Source: a virus
DNA length: 64,000 bases
Virus record (IMG/VR): IMGVR_UViG_3300045988_171958
Coordinates: 1-64,000 of that record
Reading direction: 5' to 3' (one strand)
Part shown: positions 1 to 7,679 of the stretch, one piece after another
Layout of the letters: each line of letters opens with the position of its first letter
How positions within the stretch are numbered: position 1 is the first letter of the stretch
Position numbers and translations under genes: made by a program
Notes under the pieces: model-generated
What the model was told of the DNA's origin: nothing
Database searches by the model: none
What the model saw: the letters and a program-made list of their open reading frames with translations, nothing else

Positions 1-157
1 AATGAACATCACTTTCAGTTCTGCTCAAGAACTAAAGTTAATGAACATCACTTTCAGTTCTGCTCAAGAACTAAAGTTAATGAACATCACTTTCGGTTCT
101 GCTCAAGAACTAAAGTTAATGAACATCACTTTCAGTTCTGCTCAAGAACTAAATTTA
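1..157. repeat. Tandem array of a 39-bp unit (ATGAACATCACTTTCAGTTCTGCTCAAGAACTAAAGTTA), 4 copies, cut by the window edge
   Basis: Units at 2-40, 41-79, 80-118 and 119-157. Unit 3 has one A>G change and the last unit diverges near its end. Each unit carries the hairpin AGTTCT-N5-AGAACT. There are no spacers. Confidence 0.9.
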
Positions 158-159
158 TT

Positions 160-256
160 CACTAGGAACAATTAAAAATGGTCGAGCTGATAAATTATAT
201 CTCTCGACCATTTTCCGTTCCCTGACCGCCCCAGGCGCTTTCCTAGTGAATCCTTC
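160..256 (-). ncRNA. Conserved GC-rich structured 3'-UTR element, copy 1 (unknown family)
   Basis: Starts 2 nt after the stop of the 1310-aa gene. In the sense strand the core is AGCGCCTGGGGCGGTCAGGGAACGGAAAA (211-239). Flank CACTAGGAA (240-248) pairs with TTCCTAGTG (160-168). The inner hairpin GGTCGAG/CTCGACC is followed by a T-run. Confidence 0.55.
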
Positions 257-258
257 AA

Positions 259-3200
259 TTAAATATATATATCTTCATATTCATTAGCACCTAATTGTTG
301 TACTTTGACTGGAATTTCTTTCTTGGTCTTATTTTGTTTTAGTGTCAAAGACCAGTTTTTTCTTTCATTATCATAATTAGTAAATTTAGGAAGTATAGTA
401 ATGTTAGCTCCACTATGGTAGCAAGTAAACATACCATTAGCTTCAGTAATTTCATAATCTACAAATTCTCCATCAATCCTTGATGTAACATAATACATTG
501 ACCACAATTCATTTGCTTTAGGACTTAGAATCCAAACTATTTCTGATATATTGTCAGAAGAGCAACTGAATTGATAAGCATGCATAATGCAATAGATTTC
601 TCCAAGATATTGGTTTTTGTTAGATAATGCATATCTTCCAACCAACGGAATAGTTCCTTCCAAATCTGCTAAAGATACAATATCTATAGCATATTGAGAA
701 TCAGATATGTTTCTTGAAGTCAGCTTTATTTTTGTTGAATCAAGGGTACCATCACTTTGCCTTATTGTTATAGGTAATCCAACACCAGCTTGGTCAGAAT
801 ACAATTCTTTTACTGATTTTGCTCCTTTATAATATAAATCTACTGTACTTTCATCAAGTTCTGGATTTCTCCAAGATTCTTCTGATATTGTAAGGGTTTT
901 ATATATACCAGATTCATACTGGGTAAATCTTATTGTACATGATCTTGTTTTTGTAGAATCATTTATTTCAATACATTTGAATGTAAGCTTATTATCAGAA
1001 GTTCTGTATACCATTAGCCAATTTGGCAATGCATCCCAAGTGAAACCAAAGAAGTTACCACTCTTCAGAGATGTTACATTTATTGTAACTTCAACATTTG
1101 GTGTGATGTTTATAGAAGTCTCACTCAAGGAGAATTGGTAACAATGTTGTACAAAAGTTAATGAAATCTTCTTACTAGAAGTAGCTTGAGTAAAGCTTAC
1201 TTCCCAAGTTCTGTTTGTATCAGATATATTCAATGATGTAGGTGCAACAGTAAACTTATACCAGTAATCATTATGTGTACAACTCAATATCATATTGTTG
1301 AACTTAGTAGGTGTCCAACTCATATCTAATGGTTGCATCAAATCATCATCTAAGCTATATATCATGAATGAAGTACTATCAGTAGCATTCAGATATTTTG
1401 TTGTTCCTGATTCTAATGAAGAAGAGAACAAGAAATTCGTACTGGTTCCTCTTGGGTCTTGCTTTAATGTTAATTTCAGATTCTTCTGTTTTGAATCATC
1501 AAGATATAGAGTATCTGTCAAACCTAATCTTCTTGTACTAGAAGTACTGTTAGAAGAAGAAATCAAATTGTTTTGATTCAATGATATCCATTGTTGGTTG
1601 TAGTCAGATAATGTTAGAGAATAATCTTCTGATAAGTTAGATCTGTAAGTTTGGTCTCCTTGATATTTTATGCCAGTCCATGTATTTGTAATAGTCTTGG
1701 TTATTCCGTCAACAGATAATTTTACTGTTCTTGTTTTTTCTTCTCCTTGTCTTCTCCACCAAGAAGTGACAACAGTATACATGTTGTCATAGTTAGGTAT
1801 TGAATATTCTGGGGTTAGAGATACATCATCATAATTTCCATAGTCAAATGATTCAATATATTCTTCTGAACCAACAACAACATCATAATCATATTTTGTA
1901 GGTATATCATTCTTATTCAAAGTGACAGGTACACAGTACATTTCATCTGTTATCAGATAAGGTAATTTGTTTGTTGTTGCTTCACCAGATATCTTAATAG
2001 AAGAAACATCCAAATCTGTTACATTAGCTAAAGTATTGCTGTCTACTGATGGTGCCTTCTCTTGCAATATAGTATCTTCTTTAGAACCTATTCCAGCAAT
2101 TTCTAACTTTATCTTTACATTTCTGTCAATACCAATATATACATTCTTACCTTTTATTCTAATATAGAATGCTGCATTGTTGTAGTTGTCAAAATCAGAA
2201 ACTGACCAATCAGTTATTTCTGTTGGTTTTATGTAAGCAACTGTATTGTTATGATTAGAATTTTCATTTATTTTTATGGTACCAATATAGAAATTTCCAT
2301 TTAAAGAAATTTTTCCAGGCCCATCAACTGCAGTTGTTGATGAAGAAACAATATTGTCACTGATGTTATATAATTTTGATTTAGTTAAATAATTTTTATC
2401 AAATTTAGTCCCTTGAGCATCAGTAGAACCTGCTTGTGTCAAATCATAGTAATCTTCACATTTGTAATCTGGGATAGAGAATTTTATTCTCCCATAACGA
2501 GGTGATGAATTCAATTCACCGGTTATGATAGACCAAATTACTTCGAGATATTGCGCATTATGTGATATTGTCTTAGGATAAGAGTTTATCATCAATTCAT
2601 GGTTGAGTATCTTCTTAGGATTTCTTGTAACTGAAACATCAGCAAGCCACATGAGATAATTGTAATCATATCGCAAGTTTGTAATGCTAGTTATCATATC
2701 TGAATAGTAAGAATTAGGAACTATTCCTGCTACAGATATCTTTTTCTTATCTATATCTCTATCTGTAATTTTCTTAGAAGATGTATCAGAATATTCTATT
2801 TGAGTTAATTCTACAGATTTAGTATCAGAAACACAAGTAACATTTATGATACCCTTTCTTTCTGCATAATATCCTGTCTTTTTGAATATCATAAACATTA
2901 TCTGAAACAAAGTATCAGTTGCAGGAATTACGTCATCATCATAAGATGTACTAATGTTTTCAATATACATCTTTTCAGTAGCAGTTTGTGGATTGACAGT
3001 TACTTTAGCATAATAAGAAGAAGTAGCAGAGTTTATTTGAGGTTTTGATATGCTTATCCATTTTGCAACTTCTTTTGATACACCAGTAGCACATGTTACA
3101 TTAGTTACTTGGTTACTTACAGATCCACCTTCTTGCCAAACTTTAGTTGTTGAAGTATATGTTCTGCCAAGCAAGAAACCAACATTAGAATATCTTGTCA

Positions 3201-4191
3201 AAGTATTTGCTTCATTAAATACTTTCCAAGTCATAGTGACAATATCACCAGTATGGTCTACTCTATTAGATGACAATGCAAGATCTCTTATTACATTTTT
3301 ATAGTTAGCACTAGTAGGAACATTACTCTTCATTTTCAGATTTATCTTCCAGTTTCCATCACCAAGATATTCTGAACTTTCAAATGACATTGCATTCTTA
3401 TCTATGTTGAGTTCATTGATAGTAATTACATCCCCATAATGGTCCCCATAGAAACATCTTGCAGTATTTCCTGACATCATCTTTACTGTACCAGTTATGT
3501 TGCAATACAGAGAAATAGATTTGCCATTCACACCCACATAAGGATTGCTTTCAGTACCATATTCTTTTACTTCATCAGAAAACGTCTCATCTTTATACCA
3601 AGTGATTATTGCATTTGCATAAGATGGCCTAGCATTTGGGTCTTCTTCATCTTTATCCTGGACTATCTTTATCACTATTTGCTTGCCAGAATATTTAGAT
3701 TCAGAAGTATCTATCTGTTCATCTTTAGTATCAATTTGCCACAACGATACATAAGTAGTTCTAGAGCTAGAAGTAGATACATTACCAGATATGTTCAAAT
3801 CAAACAATGCATCATAATCATGCTTTTCTGCTGTCTTTATGTTCCATCCTATAGGATATACTATATTAGGAGCAGTTACCCAGTTATGGTAAGGTACTAC
3901 TTTGAATGGATATCTTCCATGCCAGTATTTTACACAAGATCTGACGTATAATGTTATGATATGGCTAGCTGCACTTACATGTATTCCATTTCTATCAAAA
4001 TCAGAATCAACAGAAATGAAATCATGGTTTTTGTTGTTTGAACTCCAAAAGAGATATTTTGAATCTCTTGGCCAAATCATCATATTTTTCCAAAAGACTG
4101 CATTTATATCTTTGAGCTTATCTGTCTTTGAATCTACTAACTTTATTGCACCAATATCTTGATTACCAGTTTTCTTAACGTATATTCCCAT
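259..4191 (-). CDS. Large fibre/receptor-binding-like virion protein with repeated BACON/Ig-like modules
   Basis: 1310-aa uninterrupted ORF. Repeated beta-sandwich-like segments end in W..LP.WL...N.L.F......TR.C.I.F patterns typical of BACON-type domains. The product call is tentative. Confidence 0.6.
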   Translation of the reverse strand: MGIYVKKTGNQDIGAIKLVDSKTDKLKDINAVFWKNMMIWPRDSKYLFWSSNNKNHDFISVDSDFDRNGIHVSAASHIITLYVRSCVKYWHGRYPFKVVPYHNWVTAPNIVYPIGWNIKTAEKHDYDALFDLNISGNVSTSSSRTTYVSLWQIDTKDEQIDTSESKYSGKQIVIKIVQDKDEEDPNARPSYANAIITWYKDETFSDEVKEYGTESNPYVGVNGKSISLYCNITGTVKMMSGNTARCFYGDHYGDVITINELNIDKNAMSFESSEYLGDGNWKINLKMKSNVPTSANYKNVIRDLALSSNRVDHTGDIVTMTWKVFNEANTLTRYSNVGFLLGRTYTSTTKVWQEGGSVSNQVTNVTCATGVSKEVAKWISISKPQINSATSSYYAKVTVNPQTATEKMYIENISTSYDDDVIPATDTLFQIMFMIFKKTGYYAERKGIINVTCVSDTKSVELTQIEYSDTSSKKITDRDIDKKKISVAGIVPNSYYSDMITSITNLRYDYNYLMWLADVSVTRNPKKILNHELMINSYPKTISHNAQYLEVIWSIITGELNSSPRYGRIKFSIPDYKCEDYYDLTQAGSTDAQGTKFDKNYLTKSKLYNISDNIVSSSTTAVDGPGKISLNGNFYIGTIKINENSNHNNTVAYIKPTEITDWSVSDFDNYNNAAFYIRIKGKNVYIGIDRNVKIKLEIAGIGSKEDTILQEKAPSVDSNTLANVTDLDVSSIKISGEATTNKLPYLITDEMYCVPVTLNKNDIPTKYDYDVVVGSEEYIESFDYGNYDDVSLTPEYSIPNYDNMYTVVTSWWRRQGEEKTRTVKLSVDGITKTITNTWTGIKYQGDQTYRSNLSEDYSLTLSDYNQQWISLNQNNLISSSNSTSSTRRLGLTDTLYLDDSKQKNLKLTLKQDPRGTSTNFLFSSSLESGTTKYLNATDSTSFMIYSLDDDLMQPLDMSWTPTKFNNMILSCTHNDYWYKFTVAPTSLNISDTNRTWEVSFTQATSSKKISLTFVQHCYQFSLSETSINITPNVEVTINVTSLKSGNFFGFTWDALPNWLMVYRTSDNKLTFKCIEINDSTKTRSCTIRFTQYESGIYKTLTISEESWRNPELDESTVDLYYKGAKSVKELYSDQAGVGLPITIRQSDGTLDSTKIKLTSRNISDSQYAIDIVSLADLEGTIPLVGRYALSNKNQYLGEIYCIMHAYQFSCSSDNISEIVWILSPKANELWSMYYVTSRIDGEFVDYEITEANGMFTCYHSGANITILPKFTNYDNERKNWSLTLKQNKTKKEIPVKVQQLGANEYEDIYI

Positions 4192-4240
4192 CTGAAAAGA
4201 TTTTCTTGTTTAAACTTTATATATAAAAATTGCAAAAATA

Positions 4241-4278
4241 ATTTGAAATTCTGTATATGTTTTCTATATTTATAATGT
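4241..4278 (+). promoter_or_regulatory. Extended Bacteroidota-type promoter (TTTGAAAT-N13-TTCTATATT-N5-TGT)
   Basis: TTTGAAAT at 4241-4248 and TTCTATATTTATAATGT at 4262-4278, 11 nt upstream of the ATG at 4289. Confidence 0.55.
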
Positions 4279-4288
4279 CAAACAAATA

Positions 4289-4711
4289 ATGAATATAATC
4301 ATGATGAATTTTGTATATCCTGAAATAGTAAATGTAGTTGAAAATGAAAAGGTGATTTTTGGTGAATATCCTACTGAAGGAATCACTTTTGAAGAACTTC
4401 TCAAGAAGATTGAGAATCATGAGGAAATTCTTCAAGGTACTCCTATTCATTTCAATATGCATGATATCATGCATGAAAATGGTTCTGTTTATCTTCAGGA
4501 TGAATTCATTCATATTCCTACTAACACCAAGATTTTTGTGAAGTATGATGATTCTGAAGATACTTGGTCACGTACTTCTATTGTTCTTCCTGGTCATAAT
4601 GATTCAGAAGCTATTTGGATTGCAGATGATGTAGAAGATGCTTGGTGGAAGGCAACACATGAAGAGATGCTTTCTGGATTTGAGTTAAATGCTTTTGTTG
4701 AATGGACTTAA
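4289..4711 (+). CDS. Hypothetical protein (start could be ATG 4301/4304)
   Basis: 140-aa ORF directly downstream of the promoter motif. No recognisable domain. Confidence 0.7.
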   Translation: MNIIMMNFVYPEIVNVVENEKVIFGEYPTEGITFEELLKKIENHEEILQGTPIHFNMHDIMHENGSVYLQDEFIHIPTNTKIFVKYDDSEDTWSRTSIVLPGHNDSEAIWIADDVEDAWWKATHEEMLSGFELNAFVEWT

Positions 4712-4792
4712 ATAATGTAAGAATGATTAATTTCTTATTTAGATTATTGAAAAAAATAGATTTCATAATAACTTGTAAATTCTTAAAATAAA

Positions 4793-5254
4793 ATGGAAAA
4801 TAAATTGACACATGATATTATTGTTGGTAGTGGATTGGCCGGTAATTTTATCAATTTGATGAAGTTAGAAGGATGGTTGCCAATTGAAGATTATTTTGCT
4901 ATGAGAAATAATGGAATTGAACTTGATTGGGTAACAGTTCTTACTATGGAAAACGATGGATTCATCGCAATTCCTAGCATAGCAGAATACCGTATTCCGC
5001 ATCCAGATAGTGGATGGAAACCAGGATGGTACAATTCTGAAGAGAAACGTCTTGATGATTGGACCAATGCAATCATGTTCAAACCAATTGAAACAAAGAA
5101 TGTTGCTGATCGTATTAGGGATGAGTTGCTTGATGAATATGAAGAAAAGGAAAACATCAAGAATGTACCAGACTTTGAAGATGCATTTACAGAAACCTTG
5201 ATTAAACTCTGTAAAGGTAATTCAGAACATTATATTAAAAAGTTGCCAGTATAA
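4793..5254 (+). CDS. Hypothetical protein
   Basis: 153-aa ORF, co-oriented with its neighbours. Confidence 0.7.
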   Translation: MENKLTHDIIVGSGLAGNFINLMKLEGWLPIEDYFAMRNNGIELDWVTVLTMENDGFIAIPSIAEYRIPHPDSGWKPGWYNSEEKRLDDWTNAIMFKPIETKNVADRIRDELLDEYEEKENIKNVPDFEDAFTETLIKLCKGNSEHYIKKLPV

Positions 5255-5275
5255 ATGAATTTCTGATTCAGATAT

Positions 5276-5293
5276 TTCTATATTATATATGTG
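5276..5293 (+). promoter_or_regulatory. Promoter-box variant (TTCTATATTATATATGTG) without a clear -33
   Basis: Matches the downstream box of the family. No TTTGAAAT lies upstream. Confidence 0.3.
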
Positions 5294-5345
5294 TATACAA
5301 TATGCACATGCTTTAATAAAATAATTTAATTAAATACTATTTAAA

Positions 5346-5945
5346 ATGCAGAATATTCCTTTAGAAGAGGCTTATGCAACTATTGCTGTTAAGCCAGATC
5401 CATTTACAATTCGTACAAAGAAGTTGGTTGATGAGTTTGTTGTTTCAGATATCCATACTGATCGAAGTTGTGAAAAGGAAACTGTGTTAGATAACGGACG
5501 AAGAGCTGTTATGAAGGGTACATATTGCGCAAGTACTTTCGTAGGTAAGCTCTATAAGATGAATGGTCCAAGTGAAAACCCTTTAGAGCGCTATGTATTG
5601 TTTGTAGGTGTAGCACGTCAGAATCCTATTGACAATCGACAGGATGAAGATTTAGCAGTAGAGATGGCTGCAGAGAATGCTATGGTCAATCCTATTATGA
5701 CAATTAAGTTGCCAACTGCAATCAGTGGTGATGATTTTGTTAGATTTGTAAGTCCATATTTGGATGCAATGCCAACTAAGTTTATTCTTACATCTAAACA
5801 GATTAAGGATAAGAAGGAGAGTGATTTGTATAAGGATTGGTATAGTCTTATTAAACCACGTGAAGAGGCAGCAAGTCTTCTTCTATATATGGAGAAGATT
5901 CGTCCAATGTTGGATGCTCAGATCAAATATATGTATGGTGAATAA
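5346..5945 (+). CDS. Hypothetical protein
   Basis: 199-aa ORF. Confidence 0.75.
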   Translation: MQNIPLEEAYATIAVKPDPFTIRTKKLVDEFVVSDIHTDRSCEKETVLDNGRRAVMKGTYCASTFVGKLYKMNGPSENPLERYVLFVGVARQNPIDNRQDEDLAVEMAAENAMVNPIMTIKLPTAISGDDFVRFVSPYLDAMPTKFILTSKQIKDKKESDLYKDWYSLIKPREEAASLLLYMEKIRPMLDAQIKYMYGE

Positions 5946-5948
5946 ATA

Positions 5949-6590
5949 ATGCAAGATAACGAATACATTAATCCAGTTGGATATTCAGAAATGTATGAGT
6001 GGGCAGAGATACCAGCAGAGAGTCCTTATGGACTCTTTGTTACATTCTCTTCTGAATATCCAGATAAGATAGAACCGGTAAAATCTGGTTCTGATGAACA
6101 TATTCTTGGTGTAACAACTATTCAAACAGCGCATACTTCAGATGATCCAAACAATTGGAAATATGCATATATGTGTAATGAAGTTGGTGATAAGTTTTTG
6201 AAGAATGATAAGATTGCTATTGGTGTAAAAGAGTATGACCAAGTAGAGGAGTTTTCATATATTCATACCAGACCTTATAATCATTATGTACAAGTACCAA
6301 GTCAATATTATGATCCTAAGCAAGAATATGTAAAGCGTAGCAATCGAAAAGAATGGGTACGTGTAAACTTGATTGGTAAAGTAATTGTACGTGATAATGG
6401 TAAGTGTAAGCCAGGAGAATATTGTCAACCTAATTCTACAGGAAAATCTAAGAAGGAGAGAGGATATGCAGTACCAGCTACTATGAAGGTTTATGGATGG
6501 AAATTCTATGTTACTCAACGTATTACAGAAAACACTATAGAGATAGTGATGTCACCTACTATGAACAAACTAAAAAAATTAGAAGTTTAA
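5949..6590 (+). CDS. Stand-alone Peptidase_G2 / intramolecular-chaperone (IMC) C-terminal-like domain protein
   Basis: Motifs GYSEMYEW, GLFVTF, ILGVTT and R.EWVRVNLIGKVIVRDNGKC..GEYC resemble the autoproteolytic C-terminal module of phi29 gp12-type tailspikes. Confidence 0.55.
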   Translation: MQDNEYINPVGYSEMYEWAEIPAESPYGLFVTFSSEYPDKIEPVKSGSDEHILGVTTIQTAHTSDDPNNWKYAYMCNEVGDKFLKNDKIAIGVKEYDQVEEFSYIHTRPYNHYVQVPSQYYDPKQEYVKRSNRKEWVRVNLIGKVIVRDNGKCKPGEYCQPNSTGKSKKERGYAVPATMKVYGWKFYVTQRITENTIEIVMSPTMNKLKKLEV

Positions 6591-6591
6591 C

Positions 6592-7587
6592 ATGGATAAG
6601 ATATCAATTATAACTACATTCTATAATGCACAGACGTTTATTGGTAATGCAATTGGGTCTGTTCTAGGGCAGAAAGTACCAGATGGTTGTGAAATTGAAT
6701 ATGTTTTAGTAGATGACAAATCACAAGACAATTCTAGAAAGCTTGTTGAGAATATCATAAACAACACATCAAAAGAGAATTTTGAATTTAAGTTAGTAGA
6801 ACCAGAAACTAATCTTGGATGTGGTGGAGCTCGTAAGTTTGGTATTGAAAATGCCACTGGTAATTATTTTATGTTCTTGGATGCAGATGATTACTATATT
6901 CATCTTGATTTTGTAGAAAATGCTTACAATACTATTACATCAGAAAATGCTGATGTCGTAGAATATGGTGTTATCTACAATCAACAGAATGGACAGCAAA
7001 CTAATTCTACAGCCCCACAGAAGATTGTGCTTACTGATCCTCATGATATGGAAATAGCTTTGTTTAAAGACAATCTCATCAAGTTCAATGTTTGGTCTAA
7101 GATATATACAAGAAAGATTGTAGAAAGCTATCCTTATTCTACAAGAAGAACATTTGAAGATGTAAGAACAATTCCAGTATGGATAAGCAATTGCAATAAA
7201 GTTGTGATTATGCCAATTCCACAAATCAATTACAGAGCTGCATCTAATTCTATTATCAGAACAAATTGGGTAGATACAAGACTTGGTACTATTTCAGCTA
7301 TAGCACAGTTGTTTCCGAGATTCAAAGATGATAGACAGCTTCTTAAAGCAATGTATACACGTTCTATGATTGATTTGGAAGCTATTATGAACAATAAGTC
7401 AAGTGAATGTGAAGGTTTTGATGAAATGTCGAAATTAAATACATATATGCTTAAGTTCATTTATCCTGATAAGTGGAAGGATCTTACATATAATGTAGAA
7501 ATGGATCCAGAATTAAATCCAGATTTGAATAAAGAGATGAAAGCAAAGTATATTAAAACTGATTTGAACAATTTGCCAGGTATGTAA
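6592..7587 (+). CDS. Family 2 glycosyltransferase
   Basis: ISIITTFYNAQ...VLVDDKSQDNS...GCGGARKFG...FLDADDY (GT-A fold with a DxD motif). Confidence 0.8.
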   Translation: MDKISIITTFYNAQTFIGNAIGSVLGQKVPDGCEIEYVLVDDKSQDNSRKLVENIINNTSKENFEFKLVEPETNLGCGGARKFGIENATGNYFMFLDADDYYIHLDFVENAYNTITSENADVVEYGVIYNQQNGQQTNSTAPQKIVLTDPHDMEIALFKDNLIKFNVWSKIYTRKIVESYPYSTRRTFEDVRTIPVWISNCNKVVIMPIPQINYRAASNSIIRTNWVDTRLGTISAIAQLFPRFKDDRQLLKAMYTRSMIDLEAIMNNKSSECEGFDEMSKLNTYMLKFIYPDKWKDLTYNVEMDPELNPDLNKEMKAKYIKTDLNNLPGM

Positions 7588-7610
7588 CTAATTTATGCAA
7601 AATAATGAAT

Positions 7611-7648
7611 GGGAAGTGGTTGATAAACTGCTTCCCATTCTTATTTTT
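7611..7648 (+). terminator. Intrinsic terminator after the GT2 gene
   Basis: GGGAAG (7611-7616) pairs with CTTCCC (7631-7636), followed by ATTCTTATTTTT. Confidence 0.6.
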
Positions 7649-7679
7649 AGATATAAGCATAGATTTACAAAAGCATAAA

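Noticed and set aside
1-157. The 39-bp repeats could be a CRISPR array.
   Set aside because: The units are directly abutting with no unique spacers, no cas genes are nearby, and the same unit recurs singly at transcript 3' ends.
160-256. The GC-rich conserved elements could be tRNAs, HDV-like/theta ribozymes, or hammerhead or twister ribozymes.
   Set aside because: No cloverleaf or T-loop (GTTCRANNC) is present. An HDV-like fold fails because there is no P1 partner for the 5' flank and copy 1 has no C in the would-be J4/2. No CUGANGA...GAAA hammerhead core is present. AAGCGCC only superficially resembles the twister loop and there is no matching pseudoknot partner. The family is left unknown rather than forced into a class.
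7605-7679. The N-terminal 25 codons of the track ORF 7605..10289.
   Set aside because: They span a terminator hairpin (GGGAAG...CTTCCC plus T-run) and encode an implausible peptide. ATG 7680 follows at a normal distance.
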